A DNA stretch of 64,000 bases from a virus, in IMG/VR virus record IMGVR_UViG_3300002144_000620, positions 89,962-153,961 of that record. One strand, given 5' to 3'. Positions 21,605-33,063 of the stretch are shown here, one piece after another. The stretch's first letter is position 1; each line of letters begins with the position of its first letter. The notes beneath the pieces are model-generated. The model saw nothing but the letters and a program-made list of their open reading frames with translations, ran no database searches and had not been told where the DNA came from. Both the position numbers and the translations under genes were made by a program.

Positions 21605-22501
21605 ATGGCAATAGGTGTATACGGTGTTAAAAGACCAGCAGATGTCGACCCTTCAGATATAGAGGTAATTGTTTTATATAGTAAAAACAGGAACGCTACT
21701 GAAGCACAAAGAGTTACAAAATTAAGTGGTACTGATGTTATTCAACCAGTATTAGACCCAACAAATACATTAGAGGTACTTGGTGGTATGTATAACATGG
21801 AATTACCTAGATCAGTATTTAGCTCTAAAGGGTTTTATACGGTTTACATAAGACCAGCCCAAATTAGGTTAAATATTGAAGATTGTGGTGAATTAGCTAC
21901 ATTCACCGACATTAAAGGGTTAGTTTTTAATACAGCAAATGTACCAGACGCTTTTAGAAGTAAATTTACTAATAACGGTTTGGATGGTTATAGAATTGAA
22001 TATCTTAATGAAAATGGTAGTAAGATACCAAATCTTTATAGAATTACAACATCTTCTTTTATAGTCGAACCAGTACAGGTCGATACACCAAATAGTTCAG
22101 TAAAAACAATTAAATATACGTATAATAATATTGGTACGTTATTGTTCTGTACTGTAACACCAAATGCAGCACCTAGTTTTAAACCAACAGCAACACCATT
22201 TATTGGTTTTAAAGGACAAAGCGTAATTATAACAAATACTAATTTTACGCCACAAATACTTGAGGTTGAATTAGTTAATTATGACGTTGAAAGTTTAGCC
22301 ATAGCACTATATTCCGACCAAACAAAATCAATGGAAGATGGTATATATACGCTTTATGATTTTGATGGCAACATCTACGCACAGCACGATCTTTACGAGA
22401 TAAAAGATGCTGTTGATAATAAATTATATGAAGTAAGGACTAGAAGAACAACAATCGATACAACTAAAACATTAAATAATATAATAGGAAACAATGGCTA
22501 A
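21605..22501 (+). CDS. Putative baseplate/structural protein
   Basis: Operon context directly before the giant wedge-like protein. Confidence 0.6.
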   Translation: MAIGVYGVKRPADVDPSDIEVIVLYSKNRNATEAQRVTKLSGTDVIQPVLDPTNTLEVLGGMYNMELPRSVFSSKGFYTVYIRPAQIRLNIEDCGELATFTDIKGLVFNTANVPDAFRSKFTNNGLDGYRIEYLNENGSKIPNLYRITTSSFIVEPVQVDTPNSSVKTIKYTYNNIGTLLFCTVTPNAAPSFKPTATPFIGFKGQSVIITNTNFTPQILEVELVNYDVESLAIALYSDQTKSMEDGIYTLYDFDGNIYAQHDLYEIKDAVDNKLYEVRTRRTTIDTTKTLNNIIGNNG

Positions 22502-25500
22502 CCTTAGTTACACAAACACACCTTTAATAGCTCATCTGTACGACACCAGTGACGCAGCGTTAGAATCAGCCATCCAATTAGGTTGTTCTGGTTACAGAAC
22601 ATACAATATTAATGGAGAGAGTAAATACGTACCTTGTTCATCATTTTTGGCTTATGAAAATGCATTAAAGTTATATAAAATTCAAGGTGTTAATAACGCA
22701 GTTTCTGGCTTAGGTAGTTTGGGGGATAAAGCCGTTGGTCTACAATTTGCTAATTCTAAAGACGAGATATCTGGAGATCCTTATTTTACATTAGGTAACT
22801 TTTCTATTAACAAATCCGTAAGTGTAAAAAAAAATATAGGTAAAGAAGTAACTTATATTGGTGGTGATGTTAGCTATACAGCTGAAAGTATTAACGAAAG
22901 TAATCCTGGTAAAACAACCAATACAAGTGCTGTTGAGCAGGTAAATAAAAAAATTAATGATAATGTAACGGTAAGTGTATTATTTGATCGAAAGAAATTA
23001 CAAAACTACGTCTTATACGCAGCTCTTAAAGAAACTATAAAAAATACTGTTATTGAAATAACACAAAAATTTCCAGCTGGTTTAAGACTAAATGTGGTGG
23101 GTTTACAATCACCAACAGTAGAAGAATACAATTATTCACAAGGAACAGATACAGCTGAGTTTAAAGTAAACCTAAGTAATATATCTAACCCATTTCAAAT
23201 AGAATACACGAGTACTGGTAAAACAATTAACGATCCAGTTGATATAGCACCGATAAGAAATTTCTCTAAAAACTACAGTGATTACGTAATTTACTATCAA
23301 GACATTGAATATAAAATACTTAACGCAACATTACCAAAATCATATGAAGATTACGAAAATGGTATATATCTAACAATCGAAGGTGACCCATTTTCACTTG
23401 ACGCTAATCCAAATTTAACTGTAAATAGAACATTCTGGATCAAACCGAAATATCAAAAACATGACGAGTTTCAGAGTAACTTATCAGATATGGGTAAATT
23501 TTTATTAAATTATGATTTTGATAAAAAAAATTATGTTAGTGTAATAAGATATGTAAAGGTAACCGATAATGGTGTCGATATAAACGTAAACGAAACATTA
23601 ACATTCCCGCAAATAGATAAAGTTAATATTGATCTATTTGGTGATAAATTTGATAAGTATCTAACTAAATTAAATACTATATCAGATGATTTTGATTCAA
23701 CTAAAACTAATTTAATAACTAGATTCTTAACAACAGATTCATTAAAAGAATTTGATACGGATGATAGAAGAATTAATATAATGTTGGGTTTAATGGGTAA
23801 GAATTTTGACACCATCAGAAAATATATTGATGGTATAACGTATATGACAAATTTATCATATGATAAAATTGAAAATATACCAGATTTATTAACCAAAAAT
23901 TATGGTAACATGCTTGGTTTCGAGACATTTAATGTCGAAGATGAGAGTACTATAATGGAATCAATATTTAATTTAGAGGATTTAAATATTGAACCAGGAA
24001 TAACACCAGTTGAAATTGATATTGAACTTTGGAGGAGGATTTTTATAAACTCATTTTACTTATGGAAATCAAAGGGTACTAGAAAATCTATTGAATTTAT
24101 TTTAAATTTAGTTGGGTTACCAGATACAATATTTGAGGTTAATGAACACGTTTATGTCGCTAGACAAAATGTTGATTTTTACCAAAAAGCTTATGAAATA
24201 TACGGTGCTCAGTATAGTGACGAGACATTATTAACACTGGTACCTATAGATAAAGATGGATACCCAACAGTACCTGGTAAAGTTAAATACCAAGAAAGTG
24301 GTTTTAATATATCTATAGATAGTAAAAATTACGGTCCTTATGATTTTGGTAAAGAGTATATAAACGCTTACCAGTACGATGGTAACACACCGATTTTTAA
24401 ATTAGATAGGGTTACAGATAATGTTAAATCATGGGTATATTCAGAAGATAGGGTATTAAGATTATCCGAGGATACAGTTGGCTATACAGAGTATTACGAA
24501 GACGACTCACGATTAGTTGTTAACTCTAAAGAGTTAGAGGTATACCTATCATCAAATAAAATATTTGATTTTACAATGTATAGGTATCTATACCGAAACA
24601 ATATAACGGTAAATGAAGATTTGATGTTTAATCCCGAAAAGATCGTTAAAGCTGGTGTATTATCGTTTAACCAGTTTGTACAAAATTCTTTAGACGAGTT
24701 TATTAAACCAGATAACCGAAAAACAATAAGAACTTATCCTACATTAAGTAAAATTTATTATGATTATACTAAATTAACCGATACACGTGTTACAAATACT
24801 AAAAGTTTAGATTTCTTAAATAAATTTGATGGTTCATGGGTTAAATTAGTGCAACAATTTACACCAGCAACGTCAATACTAAATGCTGGTAAAAAAATAC
24901 AGAATAGTAAATTTATCGATAATAAATTTATTTACAAACACGGTTTAAACGATAGTTTAGGTTGGTTAGGGACCGATGGTTCTGAGTTCCAATACAAAGC
25001 TAACTTACCAGTTAATTTAGGTACAACAAATCCTTTCCAAACAAAAGGGTTTGCTAAAGATGCGTTTGTTGGTGAAACATCGACATTTACTGTAGAAGGT
25101 AAAAAGGGTTTAAATTACGTTGGTTATGACCCAACTATAAACGAATACTTTGGGTTTTATTATGGTATACAAGATGCTTGCAACACAATTGCCAGTGTAT
25201 ACTTATGGGATGGTGAAGAAAATTATGGTGATGACACGACTTATAACGGTAACATAAATATTACTGGTGATACAAATGGTGTTTTTGTAAAATACGAGAA
25301 TACTCTATACAGATTAAATACCAATAGAATGTTTACTGGTATTTTACCAACAATTAACACCAAAACGATTTACAAAGACAGTTACGTTGTGTTAGATAAC
25401 ACAAATAGTACCGAAACAATAACACTAAGCAGTGGTTCAGGTGAATACTTAATAGAATTCACACACAAAGGTCTGGATGATTTAGAGATATATGATGGTA

Positions 25501-28500
25501 CGACATCTGGTACTTTATTGGAAACAATTTATGGTGCTACAAATGATGGTAATGACACAGCGTATCACAGCACATTTATATTTAGTACAAATACTTTAAC
25601 AATAAAACGAACAACTAATATAGATGGAAATAAAAAGTTAAAAAACTTAAAAGTAATATTAAAATATGGTACTCCAGATAGTTTTACGATAAACAACCAG
25701 TTAGTTTACGAATCTATTGGATTTGGTACTGATAGTAGTACCGTATTATTTAATGACTCGTCATCTGTAAACATAAACGAAAGAAACTACTATATAGATG
25801 CTATCGGTATTGGACATGCTTACATAGCAAATGATATTGAATACGTATGTCCAGTACCAAAACCACACGTTTGTTATTTTGACTATAGCGGGTTAACTAT
25901 AAATATGGGTTCATTGGGTTACACAACTAGTACTTCTGGTACATATTATGATGAAACAGGTACAGAACTATCCATAAAACAATCTTTACACTACGGTTAT
26001 TCTAAAGATACGTCAGCAACAGAACCTACTGACGCTATTAAAGGTGTTTCGGGTGATTGGATAGTACCTTACAGAAAAAGTAATACTTGGACTAACGGAG
26101 TTACTTATTACAAAAATGATATAGTAACTTATTCTAATACTAATTATATTGTCGATAACATAAACGTAACTGGCACAAGCACAACACCAACAGGGTGTAC
26201 AATAACAACAATAGTACCAGGTAATTACGAAAACTTTTTAAGTCGAGCCAAAACTAGTCCATATATGCATATAGACTCAGCGAATATTAAAAAAGTTACT
26301 ATTGACAAATCTAAAGATGTGGTATCATTTAACCTAACCAAAGACATATACTTATATCAAGTATTTAGTGGGGCTACGGAAAATGAGACTTATAAAGTTA
26401 TTGATAATATATTGAATGATGAGTTATATATTAGCGATTCAACTACATTATCTTTTGACGGATTTTATTCCATAGATCAGGATAAAGTTGGTCCATTTTA
26501 TACACCAAATACCGAAGAAATATTAACACAAACATTAGATGATACACTATACCTAAATCCAGATAAAGTTAATTTTATTACAATTCAGTCACTTAACACT
26601 AGTTTTAATACCGATAACGATAAAATTGGTTTAGCTGATGGTTTTTATTTAGTTAGAAGTAACTCATTCCTTAAAATCGATGCTGATTTATATTTTGAAT
26701 CAACACAAACAAATACCCAAAATACGATTATTAGGTTACAAGATCAGTTTGATAATATTATATATGAACAGATATTTAGTTTCAGTGGTTCGGATAACCC
26801 ACAAGACAGGGTAGCTAGTATTAGTCACGAATCTTTATTCACTGTCGATACTAGAGTATACTTAACAGTATATCCAGAAACATTCGGTTGTACACTATCT
26901 AGATACGAAAAAATAGATATAGATTACATTAACCCAACAACATATTCGGCTATTGACGACCCTAGATTTAGAATTAATTTTAATGCTGGTAGAACAATAC
27001 TTAACGGTCATTATGTTGATGATGTATTATCAATTGAACCACTAGGTGATACCAATAATTACGATGTTGATCACTATATGTTTAAAACAGATAGTGATAC
27101 AGATACATATAAATTTAGACCTAAGTTAAATATAAATCAGTCATATGATGAAATTAATAATTTCGGTTTAATATTCGGTAAATATTATGAAAAATATAAA
27201 ACAACCAGCTCTATAGGTGATGTTAGTATATATGAGAAAAAATACAATAATGATAGGTTTAGTTTCGAAGTAAAGGTTAACACAAAAGAAGTATCGTTAT
27301 TATCGTCAAATAGTGCGTCACAATCTGGTGTAAATGTAACACATACTATAACTTCAACCAATAATTACCTAGGTAACACCCCACAAGAAATTGAAAACAC
27401 TGGTTTATCTAAAAGTATTATTTTTGGTAAATCACCTAAACCTAGAACGAATAAACTTAAAAAGTTAAATTTCCCATTTCTAAAATCATATAAAAATAAC
27501 ACACTCCTAAGTGACGTTAAATCAACAATTGATTTTATTGGACACGATGAAGGTTTAGTTGATTACGATTTATTAGATTACAATAGCGATTTAAAAACTA
27601 ATTTTATCAGTAAAACTAGATACTCAACAACAACAGGGTACTGGAAAAAAGAAAATGCTATATACTCAACAGAATTATACCAAGATATATTAAGTGTTGT
27701 ACCTGAATTTTCTGAAAATATAAATAACTATCAAATAAACGACATCGTAAAATTAATTTTAACGAATACGGATATTGTTGTTGAAAACGAAGATGGTACT
27801 ACCACAATAGAAAATAAAAATGTTGAGAGGTTATATGTTTGTATTGAAGATATAACAAGTAACCACCTAAGAAAAGAATCTGGTGCAATTGTTACTGGTG
27901 TAACTACTGGCCTAAATATACACCCTATATACCAACCAAATGGTGCTAGAGCTTGTTTTATACCGATAGAGAGATATGATTTAAAATCGTTTACACCCAT
28001 AGGTTATGATAAACATCAAAGAAGTAATTCTATTAGAACAAACCATAAACCTTACACATACGAACCTAGTAAAATATTGACGGGACTACCAACAGATCAA
28101 TTAGATATGGGTGATATAGTTAAAGTAATTGGTACGGGTACAACTTATAACTTATACCAATACGTTTACAATAAACCGTTACTTTACAATCTAAATAATA
28201 TATATAAAGTAGGTAGTTTTGTCTATCATAGCGACACCCCTACTAGCACAAATTATAGTTTTTGGTTAAAGATAGACGAATCATTTAATACTGAACCAGG
28301 TACCGAGACATCAGCAATTTCTTGGATGAAACTAGATTCAACCATACCTAGTGGTTACACATATCAATATAACTATGATTGGATAAGTGGTGATACTATA
28401 AATCTTTATCTAAACACAACATCTGCGACATACAATTGGGACCCTAATAAAATGAGTGAGTGGGATGGGTTAGAGATATCAAACTCATCACTACGAATAC

Positions 28501-29930
28501 CTAATTTACTTCCAACTGAAGCTGGTGTTGTGGGATACGGTTATTACGGACATCTAGTACCTTATACTGGTACCCAAAAAATAGCTTCCGACATGGTACC
28601 AAATTATATCAACCAAAATATATTAACTAATAATCAGCTAGATGGTGTTGATAATATTGGACAAATAACACTAGCAGGTAATTTATCTTGGGTATACACT
28701 GGTACAACTGGATCAATATATACTGGGTACACGTTAAATACTAATCTAATACAAAATGATTATTCGGATTTAATGTCAAACAACGTTAATAATTTAAGTC
28801 TAAATCTAGACAAAGCTAGCAGAAACATATCACCTTTATTCGAACTAATATGTTCGAACACAACAGATAATAGTATATATGATTACTCTAGTACAACAAC
28901 ATACGATTCAACATCAGAATACAACTACAAAAAATATGCTGTTGACAGAAATGTACTTTATCACGCTACAAGTATCAATACATTAGGTACACCACATACT
29001 AATACAACTCAGTGGGAAGAAAGAGACTTCATGTTGGTTAGTAAATATACCTTATACAAAGATAGAACTAGTATAAAAATTTATGATGGTATAATAGAAT
29101 CATTAAATGAAAATACTAAAAATAATTTATATTTCTTCGATAGCGATCTAGTCCTAAAAACATCTTTTACGGAAAATTATTTTAGTGGTACAACACAAGA
29201 TAATAAATTAGTTAATGGTTTAAACAAATTATTTGACGCTAAAAACGAGAACTTGAGAGATGTATATAGTTATGGTTTAACTGGTTTCAGAAAATCTGGT
29301 TCTGACATTATTATGGACTATTATTACGAAAGAGATGATAATAGTTTACCAAAAACAGGTGAGTTTATCGGTGGGCTAACAATTACTAACCCATGTGGGC
29401 ATAACGCTAAAGTTATCTTTGGTACATTATTTAATTTTAATGAATCTCTAGTTTCAATATCGGACGGTAGGTTACAACCAGCACCACCTTTAGCCGAACT
29501 AGCAGCATCTTTAGTCTCACCTAAAGCTAGGTTACTGATAAACCAAAACGGTGCATCGAATATGACCTTAACTATAAACGGAACAAATATAATAACATCA
29601 AATAGAACTGTTTTAAGTAAATCAATGGTCGATGATACAATCGTTATGGAAAACGGTGGGTATATAACAATTACAGTTACTTACGATACATTCAAAAACA
29701 AAACTATATACAAAGATGGGGTTGTTGATGAATACGTTTTATTTAACACTACTGACAATGGTATAGATAACGCATTTGTAACAGCAAATAAATCATTACA
29801 AGGTAAAATAGAAACTAGAACCATTACTTTAAAAGATGTATACGAGGATAGAGTTATTAAACTTGATTTTGAGGGTGCTAATTTCATAGAACTTGGTACT
29901 GTTGACCCTAAAGACTACATAGTATTATAA
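22494..29930 (+). CDS. Giant baseplate wedge protein (gp7/P2 gpI-like core) with CBM5/12-like modules
   Basis: ELWRRI...LWKSKGTRKSIEFIL core typical of gp7/gpI-like proteins; W-x5-Y-x3-D-x-V-x-Y-type modules in the C-terminal half. Confidence 0.7.
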   Translation: MANLSYTNTPLIAHLYDTSDAALESAIQLGCSGYRTYNINGESKYVPCSSFLAYENALKLYKIQGVNNAVSGLGSLGDKAVGLQFANSKDEISGDPYFTLGNFSINKSVSVKKNIGKEVTYIGGDVSYTAESINESNPGKTTNTSAVEQVNKKINDNVTVSVLFDRKKLQNYVLYAALKETIKNTVIEITQKFPAGLRLNVVGLQSPTVEEYNYSQGTDTAEFKVNLSNISNPFQIEYTSTGKTINDPVDIAPIRNFSKNYSDYVIYYQDIEYKILNATLPKSYEDYENGIYLTIEGDPFSLDANPNLTVNRTFWIKPKYQKHDEFQSNLSDMGKFLLNYDFDKKNYVSVIRYVKVTDNGVDINVNETLTFPQIDKVNIDLFGDKFDKYLTKLNTISDDFDSTKTNLITRFLTTDSLKEFDTDDRRINIMLGLMGKNFDTIRKYIDGITYMTNLSYDKIENIPDLLTKNYGNMLGFETFNVEDESTIMESIFNLEDLNIEPGITPVEIDIELWRRIFINSFYLWKSKGTRKSIEFILNLVGLPDTIFEVNEHVYVARQNVDFYQKAYEIYGAQYSDETLLTLVPIDKDGYPTVPGKVKYQESGFNISIDSKNYGPYDFGKEYINAYQYDGNTPIFKLDRVTDNVKSWVYSEDRVLRLSEDTVGYTEYYEDDSRLVVNSKELEVYLSSNKIFDFTMYRYLYRNNITVNEDLMFNPEKIVKAGVLSFNQFVQNSLDEFIKPDNRKTIRTYPTLSKIYYDYTKLTDTRVTNTKSLDFLNKFDGSWVKLVQQFTPATSILNAGKKIQNSKFIDNKFIYKHGLNDSLGWLGTDGSEFQYKANLPVNLGTTNPFQTKGFAKDAFVGETSTFTVEGKKGLNYVGYDPTINEYFGFYYGIQDACNTIASVYLWDGEENYGDDTTYNGNINITGDTNGVFVKYENTLYRLNTNRMFTGILPTINTKTIYKDSYVVLDNTNSTETITLSSGSGEYLIEFTHKGLDDLEIYDGTTSGTLLETIYGATNDGNDTAYHSTFIFSTNTLTIKRTTNIDGNKKLKNLKVILKYGTPDSFTINNQLVYESIGFGTDSSTVLFNDSSSVNINERNYYIDAIGIGHAYIANDIEYVCPVPKPHVCYFDYSGLTINMGSLGYTTSTSGTYYDETGTELSIKQSLHYGYSKDTSATEPTDAIKGVSGDWIVPYRKSNTWTNGVTYYKNDIVTYSNTNYIVDNINVTGTSTTPTGCTITTIVPGNYENFLSRAKTSPYMHIDSANIKKVTIDKSKDVVSFNLTKDIYLYQVFSGATENETYKVIDNILNDELYISDSTTLSFDGFYSIDQDKVGPFYTPNTEEILTQTLDDTLYLNPDKVNFITIQSLNTSFNTDNDKIGLADGFYLVRSNSFLKIDADLYFESTQTNTQNTIIRLQDQFDNIIYEQIFSFSGSDNPQDRVASISHESLFTVDTRVYLTVYPETFGCTLSRYEKIDIDYINPTTYSAIDDPRFRINFNAGRTILNGHYVDDVLSIEPLGDTNNYDVDHYMFKTDSDTDTYKFRPKLNINQSYDEINNFGLIFGKYYEKYKTTSSIGDVSIYEKKYNNDRFSFEVKVNTKEVSLLSSNSASQSGVNVTHTITSTNNYLGNTPQEIENTGLSKSIIFGKSPKPRTNKLKKLNFPFLKSYKNNTLLSDVKSTIDFIGHDEGLVDYDLLDYNSDLKTNFISKTRYSTTTGYWKKENAIYSTELYQDILSVVPEFSENINNYQINDIVKLILTNTDIVVENEDGTTTIENKNVERLYVCIEDITSNHLRKESGAIVTGVTTGLNIHPIYQPNGARACFIPIERYDLKSFTPIGYDKHQRSNSIRTNHKPYTYEPSKILTGLPTDQLDMGDIVKVIGTGTTYNLYQYVYNKPLLYNLNNIYKVGSFVYHSDTPTSTNYSFWLKIDESFNTEPGTETSAISWMKLDSTIPSGYTYQYNYDWISGDTINLYLNTTSATYNWDPNKMSEWDGLEISNSSLRIPNLLPTEAGVVGYGYYGHLVPYTGTQKIASDMVPNYINQNILTNNQLDGVDNIGQITLAGNLSWVYTGTTGSIYTGYTLNTNLIQNDYSDLMSNNVNNLSLNLDKASRNISPLFELICSNTTDNSIYDYSSTTTYDSTSEYNYKKYAVDRNVLYHATSINTLGTPHTNTTQWEERDFMLVSKYTLYKDRTSIKIYDGIIESLNENTKNNLYFFDSDLVLKTSFTENYFSGTTQDNKLVNGLNKLFDAKNENLRDVYSYGLTGFRKSGSDIIMDYYYERDDNSLPKTGEFIGGLTITNPCGHNAKVIFGTLFNFNESLVSISDGRLQPAPPLAELAASLVSPKARLLINQNGASNMTLTINGTNIITSNRTVLSKSMVDDTIVMENGGYITITVTYDTFKNKTIYKDGVVDEYVLFNTTDNGIDNAFVTANKSLQGKIETRTITLKDVYEDRVIKLDFEGANFIELGTVDPKDYIVL

Positions 29931-29939
29931 AAATTACTA

Positions 29940-29947
29940 TATTTATA
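29940..29947 (+). promoter_or_regulatory. TATTTATA putative late promoter
   Basis: Motif in a 29-nt intergenic gap before ATG 29960. Confidence 0.6.
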
Positions 29948-29959
29948 TAAAAACAAAAA

Positions 29960-32683
29960 ATGAGCTATATAATTAAAAAAAATGATGCGTTGGTTAACGT
30001 AAAATTGACAACACAGGGCAGAAGAAATTTAGCGGCTGGTAATTTAACATTTACAAATTTTATCTTAGGTGATAGTGAAATGGATTACTCGAGTGACGAT
30101 AAACCTGGTGTTAATATATTAAGACCATCGGATAATCAAATAGGGTTAAGCTACCCAATAGGTGCTACGAGTAACTTAGATATAATAAGACCCATAACTA
30201 TAGTAAACTCAATACCAAATGAGGTTTATGCGAAAGCTAAAGAACGAGGTTTTTTTAACTACACAGGTACAACAAAACCAGAACAAACATTATGTAGTTT
30301 ATATAATATAACTGGTACAACAAACGGTACTACAGACACAATATCTTTTAACTACACAAGTAATAGTCAAAAAAATGAAACGTATATTGATTTAAAACCA
30401 GGGGATTTTGTTTTTGTTAAATACGAAAAATATGATTACACAACTGGTACCACCTATACACAATCAGAAGAAATTACGACAAAAGCAACACAGTATTTAT
30501 GGTATATAGTTGAAACTATATCAACAGCTGATTCTGGTGATAACCAAACATTAACGGGTGTAACTAATGGTTCTACAATAACAATTACCTTAGATAGAGA
30601 ATTACCTATCGGATCAGCAAATTTAACAGCTTTTATTTATCCTGGTAAAGATACTATAAAAAATTATTATGACGAAGAGACACCAGTAGCTTACTGGCAA
30701 GGTGGTTTATTAGATTTTTCTAATAATAATACCCAATCTAACCTAGACGTACCTGTATGGAACATGAATATAATTCATATTGAAGATGTTATAGGTCTTG
30801 ATTCTGTCGATGATAAATCAAAATACGATACCATATCAAACACATATTTAGGTGCTAGTATAAATTACGGAAATTATGATACTAACTCTAAAATAGGTAT
30901 AATACACTACACAAACAATACCGTATCAAATTTCTACGGAGAAGGTTTCAAACAATCAACAATGAAACTTAAGATACCGTATTTAATGTGGCATAAAAAA
31001 CAATATACGGGCACAACTTTTAATGAGATTGGTTATACTTTTGTTACCGATACAGAACTTAAAACATTAACTTCATCCTCCTCTACAACGCAAGGGACTT
31101 TTCAGTATTACGATTTAGTTGATGAAGAAACTAACAAAAATGTTGTTGGTAAAGTTTTTATTGACGAGAAAGTTATTTTAATCGAGGATCCAGAATTATT
31201 AACTGTACTTTCATACAAAGCTAATAGGAATTGGACTTTACCAAAACCTAAACTAACCTTAACCGAACCAGGTATATGCGGAAATACTAGTACAATGGGT
31301 GTACTACAACCAGGTGAATATCTTTATGTATCTTATTTACTAGGTGATACCAATGGTATAACTGGTATGCATTGTGAGGACTACACTGTAATTACTAATT
31401 CAACTAACACACCTAAAGACGTATTATTTGAATTTAACAAAAAAACAGGAGACCCTAACTATAGTGAGTTTTCATACTTAACAGATTATGATGATACAAC
31501 TGGTTTGGGTTATAAAGTGAATCAACTACTATTATTATGGCAAAAGTCGGAAACAGTTATAAAACCAGATTCAGCCAATTGGTCTTATACTGATATGAGC
31601 AATTACCTGGGTACGAATGGGTGCGTTACAGGTGTAATGAATATTGATGGAACCAATTTTGAGCTACATGCTGACATATTTGACTATGCCACAGATTTAA
31701 TACCAACACATAGTGTTATAAACACCACTTTATTTGATGTGTTTGAGTTAGGTGATAAACCAGTTGGTGAGATAATAGTTATATATGATGGTGAGATACA
31801 AAAAGAAGCCACAGACGATACGTTATCAGATGGTACCTACTATCACCACCCCGAAGCATACGCTACTGGACCAAACGGTAAAAGTGTTATAGTATTTAGT
31901 CAAGGGTATGGTACTAATAACGACTTATTACAAATATATTATTTAATAGGTAAAAGCAATACTGCTAAAACAGTTAAACAAGTTATTAACGTACCATCCC
32001 AATCGGTTATAAATTCAAACACCAATTCTGACTCAATATACAAATCAACGATAGCACCAAATAGGGTGTCACTAAAACTAAATAAACAACCCAATAACTC
32101 TACCGTATGGTTATTTTATAAAGGTATGTTATTATCATCTAACACTTACGGTGTTTTTGTTACTAATGAAACCATTGACGATAGACGAGTAGAGTTAAAT
32201 TTTACACCAACACAAGGTAGTGAAATAACGATAATTTATCTAGATAATTCAGGATTAGGTCAAACCGTTTCAACAAACGTATTAACTAAAGATGTTATTT
32301 CAGCTCTAAGGGTTAATATTGACCAAAATATACTTGACAATAGTGAATTAGATACCTATATTTTATCAGATTACATAAATATACCAACGGTAACAGAAAC
32401 TAGTAAACACACATTCGGTGATGAAGTATTTTTTTACGGAAACATAGAGACTGACATAAAAGCAACTATATACAAAACGCAGTTAACATGTAACGTGTTA
32501 CCTAATCATTATATAACAACAACAAACCCCACATTTAATGTGGACCAAGATAAAGTTGCTTTCACTGAAATAGCTATCACTAGCGAAGATCAAACAATAG
32601 TGGCTATTGGTAAATTTTCAGAACCAATAACCAGAAAATATAATTCTGATATGTTAGTACTACAAGTAACAATAGATTTTTAA
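29960..32683 (+). CDS. Baseplate/tail-collar protein with interrupted DUF3751-like domain
   Basis: N-terminal KLTTQGRRNLA...FILGDSE and C-terminal FTEIAI...IVAIGKFSEPITRK. Confidence 0.65.
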   Translation: MSYIIKKNDALVNVKLTTQGRRNLAAGNLTFTNFILGDSEMDYSSDDKPGVNILRPSDNQIGLSYPIGATSNLDIIRPITIVNSIPNEVYAKAKERGFFNYTGTTKPEQTLCSLYNITGTTNGTTDTISFNYTSNSQKNETYIDLKPGDFVFVKYEKYDYTTGTTYTQSEEITTKATQYLWYIVETISTADSGDNQTLTGVTNGSTITITLDRELPIGSANLTAFIYPGKDTIKNYYDEETPVAYWQGGLLDFSNNNTQSNLDVPVWNMNIIHIEDVIGLDSVDDKSKYDTISNTYLGASINYGNYDTNSKIGIIHYTNNTVSNFYGEGFKQSTMKLKIPYLMWHKKQYTGTTFNEIGYTFVTDTELKTLTSSSSTTQGTFQYYDLVDEETNKNVVGKVFIDEKVILIEDPELLTVLSYKANRNWTLPKPKLTLTEPGICGNTSTMGVLQPGEYLYVSYLLGDTNGITGMHCEDYTVITNSTNTPKDVLFEFNKKTGDPNYSEFSYLTDYDDTTGLGYKVNQLLLLWQKSETVIKPDSANWSYTDMSNYLGTNGCVTGVMNIDGTNFELHADIFDYATDLIPTHSVINTTLFDVFELGDKPVGEIIVIYDGEIQKEATDDTLSDGTYYHHPEAYATGPNGKSVIVFSQGYGTNNDLLQIYYLIGKSNTAKTVKQVINVPSQSVINSNTNSDSIYKSTIAPNRVSLKLNKQPNNSTVWLFYKGMLLSSNTYGVFVTNETIDDRRVELNFTPTQGSEITIIYLDNSGLGQTVSTNVLTKDVISALRVNIDQNILDNSELDTYILSDYINIPTVTETSKHTFGDEVFFYGNIETDIKATIYKTQLTCNVLPNHYITTTNPTFNVDQDKVAFTEIAITSEDQTIVAIGKFSEPITRKYNSDMLVLQVTIDF

Positions 32684-33063
32684 TGGGCTTCTTTAAAAGA
32701 AATAAATATAGTTTTGAAATATACCTTACAGATAAGGGTAGAGAAGCTTTTGTTAATAATGGTCTTAAGAACGATGTAAAATTTTTCTCTTTAATAGACA
32801 ATACGAATTACCAACAACTAGATTTATTCGACCCAACAATCATTACGGAACAAACAGTACCAACAATAAAATACTTTGGTACTGTTGAGGTTAATAATAG
32901 TGACGAAGTTTACACACAAAACTCTAATAGAGGATCTGTGGATAACGACATTGTGTTTAAAAACGGTTTTCTAGGTGTAAGACAGGTAGCTGAAAATAAT
33001 TATATTGTTTACGAACCAGACTTGCAAGCTGATACGATAAAAATAACAACATTTAAAGACTAA
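32683..33063 (+). CDS. Structural protein with tail-collar N-terminal half motif
   Basis: IYLTDKGR...FFSLID motif paralogous to 29960. Confidence 0.6.
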   Translation: MGFFKRNKYSFEIYLTDKGREAFVNNGLKNDVKFFSLIDNTNYQQLDLFDPTIITEQTVPTIKYFGTVEVNNSDEVYTQNSNRGSVDNDIVFKNGFLGVRQVAENNYIVYEPDLQADTIKITTFKD

